DNA of 64,000 nucleotides from an uncultured delta proteobacterium (GTDB taxonomy: Bacteria > Desulfobacterota > Binatia > Binatales > Binataceae), in the NCBI GenBank assembly GCA_963794325.1, contig CAWCDG010000004.1:1376001-1440000 (forward strand), in the 5' to 3' direction. A program made the translations under genes and the position numbers. Each line of letters starts with the position of its first letter. Within the stretch, counting starts at the first letter, position 1. The notes below the pieces were generated by a model. It was not told where the DNA came from. It saw nothing but the letters and a program-made list of their open reading frames with translations, and searched no databases. Shown here piece after piece: positions 1 to 9,530 of this stretch.

Positions 1-2
1 TC

Positions 3-359
3 GACGCGGCGCTTTTGTTCTTCAATGCTGATTACTTCAAAAAGCGCGTGCGTGAGGTAATAGCTCTGTCCGTTCATTCGCTGCACCTTTTTGTCTTCGA
101 TATGGAGGCGATCAATGTAATCGACATGACCGGTCTGGAGGCGTTGGAGGAGATTCGGTCAGAGCTAGCCACAAAAGGAATTGCGCTCTCAGTTGCACGA
201 GCGAAGATCCAGATTCGGGAAAAGCTGAGCCGCTCGGGTTTCGAGGAGCGATTTGGCGTCGCGAACTTTCATCCGTCAGTGCGAAGCGCGGTTCAGTCCG
301 GATTGAATTCACTCGCAGGGATGAGCGAGAGCCACCCGCAGGAAGCGGGCTCCAACTGA
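3..359 (+). CDS. C-terminal STAS domain of a SulP-family anion transporter (5'-truncated by window edge)
   Basis: LFFNADYF...FDMEAINVIDMTGLEALEEIRSEL...FHPSVRSAV is the typical STAS signature. Confidence 0.8.
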   Translation, partial: DAALLFFNADYFKKRVREVIALSVHSLHLFVFDMEAINVIDMTGLEALEEIRSELATKGIALSVARAKIQIREKLSRSGFEERFGVANFHPSVRSAVQSGLNSLAGMSESHPQEAGSN

Positions 360-436
360 AGGTGAATTCGCATGACTAGCTTCTCAATTAGTGCTGTTTG
401 CGACATTTGTTGCTCGGAAGCCGGCCGAGGAGTTTC

Positions 437-1045
437 ATGTCATATCGACGAACAATGTTGAAGCATTCTGTTTCGGTGAGCTTTCTCTTCCTCTTTCTAA
501 TGAGTAGCGGTTTTGCGTGGGGTCAAGCGTTGCCGCGCGATGAGCAACAATTTTGCAGCGCCTTTCCAACTTTTCGAGAAGCGCTGAAACAAGCTCACGC
601 GAACTCAGCGCGCGATTCGCCTCATCAGCAGCGGCAACTGAGACAAGCTGTGTCCGCTGCAGCAAAAGACTTTAAGCGAAGTGCCGGGTGGAAGAGTTCC
701 AGTCAGCCAGCGAAGGGATGGGTTGGTGACTTGCACTCAATTGCTGAAACCACCGCCTGGGGCCATCACGTGGGCGCTTCCGTAAAGCTGCCGTGCGGAG
801 ATGTCATTGTCGGAGTTCCCGAGTTGGCTGTCCGCCGGTGGTCTGTATCAAGCGTTGATCCGATAGCGACGAGTTGCGCCCCAGCGGATCCATACATTGC
901 CTCGGATGTATCTTCTTTTGCAAATCTCAGCAGACTCAGCGTCGGGCAGAGAGTCACCTTCGCCGGTCGATTTTGTGCGATTCCCGATTCCGTGAATGAC
1001 GACGTGATCTACTTTGTCTTTTCGAAAATGTCTCCAATTCGGTAG
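437..1045 (+). CDS. hypothetical secreted protein
   Basis: GAGGAG RBS at 427-432, signal-peptide-like N-terminus (..SSGFAWG-QA), no recognised domain. Confidence 0.5.
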   Translation: MSYRRTMLKHSVSVSFLFLFLMSSGFAWGQALPRDEQQFCSAFPTFREALKQAHANSARDSPHQQRQLRQAVSAAAKDFKRSAGWKSSSQPAKGWVGDLHSIAETTAWGHHVGASVKLPCGDVIVGVPELAVRRWSVSSVDPIATSCAPADPYIASDVSSFANLSRLSVGQRVTFAGRFCAIPDSVNDDVIYFVFSKMSPIR

Positions 1046-1421
1046 CCTGTGCGGCGATCCCGCGAGTGTTGGAATGCTCCTTTGACCAACGCTGTTGGCA
1101 TTGGGCTACAACCTGCTCGAACAATGGATCGCGCGGATCTCGAGGACGTAGCGCCGCTGATTGCACAGAAGGCTTTATGTGCCGAGTCTGGCTCTGAGCA
1201 CTAACTGGCACAACTGGACCTAGGTCCTACAGACAAAGGTCGTAGGACCTTCTTCCCATACGACGAAGCGTATCGGACTTTGGTCCGATTTACGCGAGAG
1301 CCAAACCGAAGCAAGCTAGGTCGCAAGCAGATGTTAAAACTACCAACAGGGTAGAGAGTTTCTCCAATGGTCCAAGCTAACATCGGGATAAAGAGACTCA
1401 ACAGCGCAAACGGAGAAGAAG

Positions 1422-1958
1422 ATGAATAAGAAAGTGCGAGGAATGGTAGTAGCAGTCGGATTTGTGGTGGCACTGGCCACGGGTGCTTCGTCGGCTTGGA
1501 GCCAGGAGGCAGCCAGCGGCGGCGGCGGCGGAGCTGCCGTTCGCGCAGGCTACCTGACCTGTCACGTCGATGCCGGATGGGGATTTATTTTTGGTTCCTC
1601 GCGCAAATTGGATTGCGCCTATGCGCTGCAGCCTGGATATACGGAGTATTACCTCGGCTCGATAACTAAATTTGGCGCCGACATTGGCTACCTGCAGTCG
1701 GGCGTAATCATATGGGCGGTTCTGGCTCCAACTACAAACCTTGGCCAAGGCGCACTAGCGGGCCACTACGGCGGAGCGACGGCTAGTGCAGCACTCGGAG
1801 TTGGAGCTGGTGCGAACGTTCTGGTCGGTGGCTTCAAAAGCTCGATCGCGTTGCAGCCCGTCTCGATCGAGGGACAGAACGGCTTGAACGTAGCTGCCGG
1901 CGTTGCGTCCATGAACCTGACCTTCAACAAAGAGAAGCCGGCGAAAAGTACTCCTTAA
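1422..1958 (+). CDS. DUF992 family secreted protein
   Basis: signal peptide; GYLTCHVDAGWGFIFGSS..LDC, GVGAGANVLVGG..SIALQPVSIEGQ.GLNVAAGV pattern. Confidence 0.8.
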   Translation: MNKKVRGMVVAVGFVVALATGASSAWSQEAASGGGGGAAVRAGYLTCHVDAGWGFIFGSSRKLDCAYALQPGYTEYYLGSITKFGADIGYLQSGVIIWAVLAPTTNLGQGALAGHYGGATASAALGVGAGANVLVGGFKSSIALQPVSIEGQNGLNVAAGVASMNLTFNKEKPAKSTP

Positions 1959-2301
1959 GTCGGTCTTAGATCGGCCCGAAATAGAAGCAAGGTATAGCTA
2001 TAGCTACCTTATGCTTTCGACGAAGCGGGCCGGCAATGTGAAATTTCATGACCTCGAGGGAGGTCAACGCAAGCTTGGCGCCAGTACAATTTCGGCGATG
2101 GAGCCCAGCGGCGTCGGACGAAATGCAAAAGGCTCGACGCAGAATCGACGCATGGAACCGATGCTGGCCGGTTCGGGCAACTGTACTAAGCGCCCTCACT
2201 GTCAATGGGAGAGCCAAAGTACATCAACAGGCTGGAGTATGAGTCCAATTTCTTTGCCGCGCTGAAATTTGTGGCCAAACCGTAAATGGAGCAGGACTCG
2301 T

Positions 2302-2393
2302 TGGCGGAGAGGGGGGGATTCGAACCCCCGAGACCCTTTCGAGTCTACACGCGTTCCAGGCGTGCGCCTTAAACCGGGCTCGGCCACCTCTCC
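2302..2393 (-). tRNA. tRNA-Ser(GGA)
   Basis: reverse complement GGAGAGGTGGCCGAG...CACGC CTGGAAC GCGTG...long variable arm...GGTTCGAATCC...CTCTCCGCCA. Confidence 0.97.
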
Positions 2394-2534
2394 GCGCGCG
2401 CTTGCGATTATGCATCACCCAAACCCGCGGGGCCAGTTGATCACCAGCGGACGCGCTTGATTGCGCCGCACCCGCCAACTAAGAACTCATGAGGAGCCAG
2501 TCGCACAGGCTGCTCACTACTGGAGAACGTTTCT

Positions 2535-3536
2535 ATGCTGCATACCCCGATATGCGACTACTTTGGAATCAAATATCCGATTCTGCTCGCCGGCATGGGC
2601 GGAGTCGCGATGCACAAGCTGGTCGCCGCGGTTTCCAACGCCGGTGGCCTCGGTGTCATCGGCGCCGCGTCGCTGAGCCCCGACGATCTGCGCACGGAAA
2701 TCCGCAAGACTCGCGATCTGACCGATAAGCCGTTCGCCGTCGATTTACTCGCGCCGATTCCAGATATGATGCGCCCGCACGTGCCCGTGATGATCGAAGA
2801 AAAAGTCAAAGTCTTCGTCGCCGGACTCTCGGTACCGCAGGAATTCGTCAAAGTGATGCACGACAACGGGATGAAGATCGTCGTGATGTGCGGCAAGGTG
2901 CATCACGGCGTCAAGTCGCAGGATGCCGGCGCCGACGTGGTCGTCGCGCAGGGCACCGAGGCCGGCGGACATACCGGCGAGATCGGGATGCTCTCGCTGG
3001 TGCCGCAAATGATCGACGCGGTGAAGCTGCCGGTGCTGGCGGCAGGAGGAATCGCGGACGGACGACAAATCGCGGCGGCGCTCACAGTCGGAGCGCAGGG
3101 CGTCGTGATCGGTACGCGGTTTATCGCGACCCCCGAAGCGCAGGCCGCGCAGGGCTATCGCGAGGCGATCGTCAAAGCGCACGAGGATTCCACCTTGCGC
3201 ACGCGCGCATACACCGGCAAGACCTGTCGCGTCATCCGCACCGAGTATGCGCTCGAATGGGAGAAGGACCCGTCGAAGATTCAACCGTTCCCAATGCAGG
3301 CGCAGATTTCGTCGCGCAACGGCGTGATGAACTACACGGGACGCGGCGGCGCCGACGTCGATCCAAATCGCACTTTCATGCCGACCGGACAGGGCGCCGG
3401 ACTGATCCACGAGATCAAGCCGGCCGCCGAAGTGTTCGCCGACCTGCTGCGCGAGACTGAGGCGGCGCTGCAGAAGGCACAGCAATTGATGTCGGGCGAC
3501 CCCGTGCGCCAGCATTCCGCGGCACCGCCGCGCTAG
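2535..3536 (+). CDS. nitronate monooxygenase / FabK-like FMN-dependent oxidoreductase
   Basis: PILLAGMGG, VSNAGGLG, AQGTEAGGHTG, LAAGGIADGR, GTRF motifs. Confidence 0.9.
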   Translation: MLHTPICDYFGIKYPILLAGMGGVAMHKLVAAVSNAGGLGVIGAASLSPDDLRTEIRKTRDLTDKPFAVDLLAPIPDMMRPHVPVMIEEKVKVFVAGLSVPQEFVKVMHDNGMKIVVMCGKVHHGVKSQDAGADVVVAQGTEAGGHTGEIGMLSLVPQMIDAVKLPVLAAGGIADGRQIAAALTVGAQGVVIGTRFIATPEAQAAQGYREAIVKAHEDSTLRTRAYTGKTCRVIRTEYALEWEKDPSKIQPFPMQAQISSRNGVMNYTGRGGADVDPNRTFMPTGQGAGLIHEIKPAAEVFADLLRETEAALQKAQQLMSGDPVRQHSAAPPR

Positions 3537-3580
3537 CAGTAACACGCAACCGCTTGGTTTCCTTCGCCCGTCCTCTTATT

Positions 3581-3746
3581 CCCTCGCCCCACGTGGGGAG
3601 AGGGTTAGGGTGAGGGACAACTGTGCGGCGCGATTGTCTGATGCGCCGCACATTCTGACGCGGTCGCAAAATTTAGGAATTTTTCGGTCCCTCACCCGCC
3701 GCGCGCGGAAGCACGCCGGCGGGGCCTCCCCCTCGTGGGGCGAGGC
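3581..3746. repeat. inverted pair of REP-like palindromic units (CCCTCACCC.../GGGAGAGGG family)
   Basis: CCCTCGCCCCACGTGGGGAGAGGGTTAGGGTGAGGG (3581-3616) facing GTCCCTCACCC...CCTCCCCTCGTGGGGCGAGG, between convergent genes; related unit at 29355-29413. Confidence 0.6.
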
Positions 3747-3756
3747 AAATTAGCGA

Positions 3757-4410
3757 TCACACGCCGCGCGGGATGCCGGGCCAGATCTGCTTATGCATTT
3801 GCAATTGCATCCGCGCCGGCAATCGATCCTCGAGTATCCACGACGCGAGCGCTGCCGGCTCCATTTGCCCGAATACTGGACTCAACAGTAACGCGCCCGC
3901 GCGTCGCGCGAGGTCGCGCGTGATGATCGCATCGCGCGCCCATTCGTAATCTGCGCGATCCGCGACTACAAATTTGATTTCGTCGCGCATTGTCAGATGG
4001 TCGAGATTGCTCCACAGGTTCTTTTCGCATTCGCCGCTGCCCGGACATTTGAGGTCCATGATCTTGATGACGCGTGGATCGAGCCGGCCGACGTCAACCG
4101 CTCCCGACGTTTCGATCATCACGGTTGCGCCCGTTTCAAGCATCGCCTCAGTCAGCGGATACACGCCTTCCTGCAGCAGCGGTTCGCCTCCCGTCACCTC
4201 GACCAGGTCGCATCGGTAGCCGCTGATAATTTCGGCAACCTCGGCAATCGGCATTCGCTTGCCTTCGTAGAATGCGTACTCGGTGTCGCACCATTTGCAT
4301 CGCAGGTTGCATCCGGTGAGCCGCACGAAAACGCACGGACGGCCCGCGTGCGTGGATTCGCCCTGGATGCTGTAAAAAATCTCGTTGATGTGGAGGCGTT
4401 CGGAAATCAT
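3757..4410 (-). CDS. queE: 7-carboxy-7-deazaguanine synthase (radical SAM)
   Basis: INEIFYSIQGES, FVRLTGCNLRCKWCDT, TGGEPLLQ, QLQMHKQIW. Confidence 0.93.
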   Translation of the reverse strand: MISERLHINEIFYSIQGESTHAGRPCVFVRLTGCNLRCKWCDTEYAFYEGKRMPIAEVAEIISGYRCDLVEVTGGEPLLQEGVYPLTEAMLETGATVMIETSGAVDVGRLDPRVIKIMDLKCPGSGECEKNLWSNLDHLTMRDEIKFVVADRADYEWARDAIITRDLARRAGALLLSPVFGQMEPAALASWILEDRLPARMQLQMHKQIWPGIPRGV

Positions 4411-5597
4411 TGTTTTCGGGAAAATGTTTCCGACGTTCGTGCAGCGTCGCGCGCTTCCTCGATCACGACGCGCAACGCCACGTCATGCTCAGCCGCGATT
4501 CGCCGGCAGTCATCATATTCAGGCGAGATGGTCGTCGGCGCGCCGCCATTTGCGCTCGATATCTTGACGCGAACCTTGCCCCATCGCGTCTCGACCTCGC
4601 GAATCTCGCGACGCAATTTCAGCCGCTCGACAGCGTGAAACCGCAATCCGATAGTCGAAGTTTCCGCAAAAATAATCTCCGCCAGCGCGTCGCGATTCGC
4701 GGCTTCTGCGATCACGCCCAACGTCACCGCGGGCCGGCTCTTCTTCATCATCGTCGGCGTGAGCGTTACGTCGCGGGCACCCGCGTCGAACAGGCGCTGC
4801 ATCAGATGATCGTAGATTTGCGGACTAAGGTCGTCGATATTCGCGGAGATCTCGATCATCTCGTCGCTGTCGAGCGCGATGCGCTCGCGCCCGAGCATCA
4901 GGCGCAGCACGTTGGGGCGATCTTCAAGCTCGCGCGAGCCCGCGCCGTAGCCGATTTTCTCGACTTCAAACGCGAGCGGCATTGCTGCGGGACGCGCGAG
5001 CGCTCGAATCACCGCAGCGCCCGTCGGCGTGACCATCTCGTGCGCGCCATCGCCGATTTTGAGAGGGAAACCCTTGAGCAGTTCCGCAGTAGCCGGTGCG
5101 GGTACTGGAATAACGCCGTGTTGCGAGCGCGCGAATCCGTTGCCCGTCGGGAGCGGCGACACGATCACGTCGCCGACGCCGAGATGCTCGAGGCCCCATG
5201 CCGTGCCGACTATATCAATGATCGAATCGACCGCGCCGACTTCGTGAAAGTGAACGCGGTCGGGTGTCGTGTTGTGAATCTTCGCCTCGGCTTGCGCGAG
5301 CACTTCGAAGATCGAAATTGCACGACTCCTGACCGAAGCGGCGAGCTGCGATGCGTCTATCAGCGCACGGATCTCACCGAAGTGACGCTCGGTTTGTGGC
5401 TCCGTCACCTCGACATCGAACTTGAGCGCTGAAATTCCACTCAAAATTTTTCGCCGCGTCGACAGACGATAACCCGCAATCGGCATCGACTTGATCGCGT
5501 GCTCGAACTCGCCAAACTCAGCGCCGCAATCGAGGATTGCGCCGACGATCATATCGCCGCTCAGGCCCGAGAACGCGTCGAAGTAAGCTGTTTTCAT
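4407..5597 (-). CDS. larC: nickel pincer cofactor biosynthesis protein LarC
   Basis: AYFDAFSGLSGDM, VHFHEVGAVDSIIDI, HGVIPVPAPAT, TPTGAA, MKKSRP, ETSTIGLR, PEYDDC; start taken at ATG 5597. Confidence 0.92.
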   Translation of the reverse strand: MKTAYFDAFSGLSGDMIVGAILDCGAEFGEFEHAIKSMPIAGYRLSTRRKILSGISALKFDVEVTEPQTERHFGEIRALIDASQLAASVRSRAISIFEVLAQAEAKIHNTTPDRVHFHEVGAVDSIIDIVGTAWGLEHLGVGDVIVSPLPTGNGFARSQHGVIPVPAPATAELLKGFPLKIGDGAHEMVTPTGAAVIRALARPAAMPLAFEVEKIGYGAGSRELEDRPNVLRLMLGRERIALDSDEMIEISANIDDLSPQIYDHLMQRLFDAGARDVTLTPTMMKKSRPAVTLGVIAEAANRDALAEIIFAETSTIGLRFHAVERLKLRREIREVETRWGKVRVKISSANGGAPTTISPEYDDCRRIAAEHDVALRVVIEEARDAARTSETFSRKQ

Positions 5598-5667
5598 CGC
5601 GCAATCTTTACATGGTAGCAGGGCGTCTATAGAATCAAAAACTCGGTTCGCAGCGGATTGTTCAACC

Positions 5668-6027
5668 GTGAGGCAAAGAGACCTCAAGCTCTTTCGAAAA
5701 CTGCTCGAAGGCCGCAAACGCGACATTCTCCAGGAAGCGGAGCGCGCTGTCGGCACCATGAATCACGAGTCGGACGAGGCCCCGGCCGATCCGACCGATC
5801 GCGCCGCGCTCGAATCGGATCGCAATTTCCTGCTGCGGATGCGCGATCGCGAGCGCAAGCTGCTCACCAAGATCAGCGAGGCGTTCGAGCGAATCGACGA
5901 CGGCTCCTACGGGCGATGCGAGGAGTGCGGCGGCGAAATCGGAATCGAGCGGCTGAGGGCGCGCCCCGTCACCACCCTTTGCATCGCATGCAAGTCCGCG
6001 CAGGAAGTTCGCGAGTCGAAAATCTGA
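5668..6027 (+). CDS. dksA: RNA polymerase-binding protein DksA
   Basis: DPTDRAALE coiled-coil tip, RDRERKLL.KI, YGRCEECG..IG.ERL.ARP...LCI.CK zinc finger. Confidence 0.92.
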   Translation: MRQRDLKLFRKLLEGRKRDILQEAERAVGTMNHESDEAPADPTDRAALESDRNFLLRMRDRERKLLTKISEAFERIDDGSYGRCEECGGEIGIERLRARPVTTLCIACKSAQEVRESKI

Positions 6028-6057
6028 CATACCTGCAACCCGGAAAATCGCACTGCT

Positions 6058-6924
6058 ATGAAAGTTAGAAAAGCGGTCATCCTCGCGGCCGGCATGGGCA
6101 CCCGGATGCTCCCGTCGTCGAAGGTGATCCCCAAAGAAATTTTGCCGGTGGTTGATACGCCGGCAATCCAGGTCGTTATCGAAGAGGCGATCGCGTCGGG
6201 CATCTCCGAGATCGTGATTGTGATTAGCCCCGGCAAGACCACGGTCGTCGAACACTTCAAGCCGAACATCGAGCTCGAGCGCCATCTCGAAGAGCGCGGC
6301 AAACGCGACCTCCTGGAACTCATCCGGCAGACCAACCATCCCGCAAAGATCATCGTCGCCGAACAGCGGCATCCGCTTGGCCTCGGCCATGCGGTGTTGC
6401 AAGCGCGCGAGGCGGTCGGCGATGAACCATTTGCCGTGATGCTCCCCGACGACATTTTCGATTGCCCGCGGCCATGCCTGCGCCAGCTGCTCGACGTAGC
6501 CGAGACGCGCGACGCGCCGGTGGTCGCGCTGCTCAAGGTCGCGCGCAGCGAGATCTCGAAGTACGGGATCGTCGATGCGAAAGCCGTCGGCGAGCGGACT
6601 TACGAGCTGCGCGGAATGGTCGAGAAGCCGGCGCCCGAAAAAGCGCCGAGCGAATTCGCGATCATGGGACGATATGTACTAACGCCCGACATTTTCGAAT
6701 TGCTCGCGGCGGGCAAGCCGGGCGCCGGCGGCGAAATCCAGTTGACCGACGCGCTGATGGCGCTGACCGCGCGCCGCAAGATTTACGGCTACGAGTTCGA
6801 GGGCATCCGCTACGATCTGGGAGATCGCGTCGGCTTCATCTCGGCGCAAATCGGCTTCGGGTTGAAGCGGCCTGATCTCGCCGACCGGTTGCGAGCGTAT
6901 CTGAAGTCGGTTATCTCACAATAG
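6058..6924 (+). CDS. galU: UTP--glucose-1-phosphate uridylyltransferase
   Basis: KAVILAAGMGTRMLP..K.IPKEILP, LGLGHAV, VEKP, GAGGEIQLTDAL. Confidence 0.95.
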   Translation: MKVRKAVILAAGMGTRMLPSSKVIPKEILPVVDTPAIQVVIEEAIASGISEIVIVISPGKTTVVEHFKPNIELERHLEERGKRDLLELIRQTNHPAKIIVAEQRHPLGLGHAVLQAREAVGDEPFAVMLPDDIFDCPRPCLRQLLDVAETRDAPVVALLKVARSEISKYGIVDAKAVGERTYELRGMVEKPAPEKAPSEFAIMGRYVLTPDIFELLAAGKPGAGGEIQLTDALMALTARRKIYGYEFEGIRYDLGDRVGFISAQIGFGLKRPDLADRLRAYLKSVISQ

Positions 6925-6946
6925 TAACCGCGTCTCGCCACAGGAT

Positions 6947-7019
6947 GGGGCAGTAGCTCAGCTGGGAGAGCACTACGTTCGCAACGTAGGGGTCGAGGGT
7001 TCAAATCCCTTCTGCTCCA
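6947..7019 (+). tRNA. tRNA-Ala(CGC), CCA not encoded
   Basis: GGGGCAGTAGCTCAGCTGGGAGAGC, CTACG-TTCGCAA-CGTAG anticodon arm, GGTTCAAATCC T-arm, G3:U70 pair. Confidence 0.95.
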
Positions 7020-7205
7020 CATTTCAGTCTCCAGATTTTTGGAGATGTCAGAGAATCGATCGAAATCCGCGCGAGTGCGCGCGATTCGTGATCGCGCGCG
7101 GACCCAGAGAGCGCTTGGGTCGGAGCAAATCGCCAGAATCGGGCAAAACCTATCCGGGCGCGATTTTGCCAGGTCCGCGGATCATCGCTTTAGATTCACC
7201 TGCCT
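6991..7205 (+). repeat. tRNA-Ala 3' end plus ~190 bp downstream element, copy 1
   Basis: aligns with 15398-15610; 31 nt identical core GCCAGAATCGGGCAAAACCTATCCGGGCGCG (7132-7162 and 15538-15568). Confidence 0.85.
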
Positions 7206-7284
7206 CACTTTCCACACGCAGCAAATGAATCCGCCGGGGCGATTGCAGGAAGCCTTAGTGCGCAGCGACATTCCGGGCTAGCGA

Positions 7285-8169
7285 TCAATTTGCGCGGAGC
7301 CGCTTACTCAGCAAGTAGTGAGTGTGGCCGACCGGATGATCCTCGAGCGTGCCGAACACAGTATAGCCGAGTTTTTCGTAGAACGGCCGCGCCTGGAAGC
7401 TCGCCGTATCCAAGTGAGCGCCTGTGCAGCCGCGTTCGATCGCGTGCTGCTCGGCGGCAGCTAGCATTCGCTGACCGTTATCCTGCCCGCGAAGAGGTCG
7501 ATCGACCCAGAGGACGTCGAGGAAGTACCAGTCACCCCAGATGTTGCCGAGCGCGCCGCCGACAATCTCGCCATCGTCGTTTTGCAGGAAGAAGTGTGCC
7601 GCTGACCACATCTCTTCCGGCAGACCGATTGCCGCGATCGCGTGCGTTCGGACACCGCGGTGAACTATCTCTTGAACTTCCTTCGATGCATATGGTTCGA
7701 AGGTGATTGCCGCGTCCGGGGACGGACGAAGCAAATTTGCTTCCGAGTACCATTTGCTCATGTGGAATCGATCGTGGCCTTTGATCGGATGATCGTTGAG
7801 CGCCCCGTAGACGCGATAGCCGAGTTTTTCGTATAGCGGCCGTGCCTCGAAGCTGCCGGTCTGGAGAAACGAGGCCACGCATCCTTTCAATCGCGCGTAC
7901 TCTTCGGCCGCTGCTATCAACTGGATTCCGAGCCCGCGCCCGCGCAGAGCTCGTTCAACCCACAGCGATCCGACGTGCAGCCATTGCCCCCAGAGGCTGC
8001 CATAGAGGCCGCCCCGCACGTGGTTCCCCGCTTCCCTGATTACGAAACAGACCGGGTAATATTCGACGATACCGGTGGCCGTGGTGTTATGGCGTTCCAG
8101 CCCGCGCCCGACGATTTCGAACCACTCTTTCGGCGGATTCGCGTTCACGATTACCTTGGGCGGATTCAT
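7285..8169 (-). CDS. tandem double GNAT N-acetyltransferase
   Basis: two homologous halves, each with LWV...RG...G and SF.ARP.YEKLGY.V.G.L.DHP..H. Confidence 0.88.
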   Translation of the reverse strand: MNPPKVIVNANPPKEWFEIVGRGLERHNTTATGIVEYYPVCFVIREAGNHVRGGLYGSLWGQWLHVGSLWVERALRGRGLGIQLIAAAEEYARLKGCVASFLQTGSFEARPLYEKLGYRVYGALNDHPIKGHDRFHMSKWYSEANLLRPSPDAAITFEPYASKEVQEIVHRGVRTHAIAAIGLPEEMWSAAHFFLQNDDGEIVGGALGNIWGDWYFLDVLWVDRPLRGQDNGQRMLAAAEQHAIERGCTGAHLDTASFQARPFYEKLGYTVFGTLEDHPVGHTHYLLSKRLRAN

Positions 8170-8341
8170 GAAAGCCCTCCTTGCGCGATTTGTGGGATGA
8201 TGAACCGGCGATTCTAGCGCTTTCGGGCGGGCAGAACATGCTGCGGATTCGCATCGAGACCAGGATCCAACCCTGAGATTTTCGTCATGACAACAATCTC
8301 AGGCTCGGCTGGCGGTTGGCGGTATCAATCGGCCGATGCTG

Positions 8342-9259
8342 CTACGCGAATGCCAGATCGGCGAGCCAATCGCGGAATTGATCGATCCAGCGGTCGGACG
8401 GCATTCCCTGCTTCGCCATGCCGAACCCGTGGTTGCCGCGCCGGTAGATGTGCAGTTCAGCTGAACGTCCGGCGTCGGTCCAGTCGGAATAGAGACCCTC
8501 GACAACGCGATACAGCAGGACATCGTTCTGGGCGATGCAGGTGAACAGCGGCGGCGCATCCTTAGGTACGGGCCTTCCCAACGTTTCGCCGCCATAGATC
8601 GCCGCGATAAAGGCGAGCGCTGCAGCGCGTGGATCGACCGCCATATCGACCACCAGAAACGCGCCAGCCGAGAATCCAATCATGCCGACCTTGGCCGGAT
8701 CGACGTCCCATTCCCTGGCACGCTCGCGCACGATTGCGATCGCGCGGCGCCCGTCATCGGCGGCGGCCGCACGCGCATCGCTGAACGATTTGGCCGGCAC
8801 GATGTCGCTCATGGCGCGGAAGGCAGTCTTTCCTTTGCGGGTCGAGTCGATCCGCGCAAAGAGCTGCGTCATCTCGGCGTCGTAGTCCGCTTGCGCCGCG
8901 GGCGTGGCTCGCACGCGATATTTCAGAAGAAACGCTGTATAGCCATGCGCCGCGAGCCAGTGCGCGACATCGACCCCTTCGTGCTCCCATGCCAGGATGC
9001 GCCAGCCGCCACCCGGGCACACGATCACGCCGATGCCGTTCGGCTTGCCGTTCGTGGGCCTATAAACGGTGAGTGTCGGATCGGACACATTGCGAAGCAT
9101 CGCCGCGTCGCCCACGGTGCCCACTGGTCCGCGGAACTCTCCCTCAGCGCCCACACCCTCCAGCTTCGTCGGTGGTCCATCGGGCCAGAGGCGGATGATG
9201 TCTCCGGGCAGCGACGTCACGGGCTTCAATCCAATTTGAAAATTCCTCTCGTAGCTCAT
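8342..9259 (-). CDS. alpha/beta hydrolase (esterase/xylan esterase-like)
   Basis: NVSDPTLTVY, VIVCPGGGW, LKYR, GFSAG nucleophile elbow, GNHGFG. Confidence 0.88.
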   Translation of the reverse strand: MSYERNFQIGLKPVTSLPGDIIRLWPDGPPTKLEGVGAEGEFRGPVGTVGDAAMLRNVSDPTLTVYRPTNGKPNGIGVIVCPGGGWRILAWEHEGVDVAHWLAAHGYTAFLLKYRVRATPAAQADYDAEMTQLFARIDSTRKGKTAFRAMSDIVPAKSFSDARAAAADDGRRAIAIVRERAREWDVDPAKVGMIGFSAGAFLVVDMAVDPRAAALAFIAAIYGGETLGRPVPKDAPPLFTCIAQNDVLLYRVVEGLYSDWTDAGRSAELHIYRRGNHGFGMAKQGMPSDRWIDQFRDWLADLAFA

Positions 9260-9530
9260 TTTCTGTCGCAACCTCTACCTTGCAGCTTGAGTACGCGGAG
9301 TATGGCCCATCCTCAAAAAAAGGAAAGACGAGTAGCAACTCCGCAGTGCTACAAGCACAGTTTGATTTGCCGAACGTGGCGGCCTGGCCGAGAGTGCATC
9401 GCTAGGCGCGATCGTGTCCCATCTGCCAATTCAGCTCTTGGCGCGATTTACCTGGGTCCGCGTATCATCGCCTTTGGATTCGCCTCACCCTCGTAACTGT
9501 ATTCCGCGGACCAAAGGCGCTCGGAGGTCG

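Noticed and set aside
2011-2265. KFHDL in a short ORF next to tRNA-Ser, reminiscent of the tyrosine integrase HxLR motif
   Set aside because: No following R/H or other catalytic motifs; five residues are not enough evidence.
4407-5597. larC overlapping queE without larA/B/E as a novel functional link
   Set aside because: larC is often dispersed among housekeeping genes; nothing beyond adjacency supports a link.
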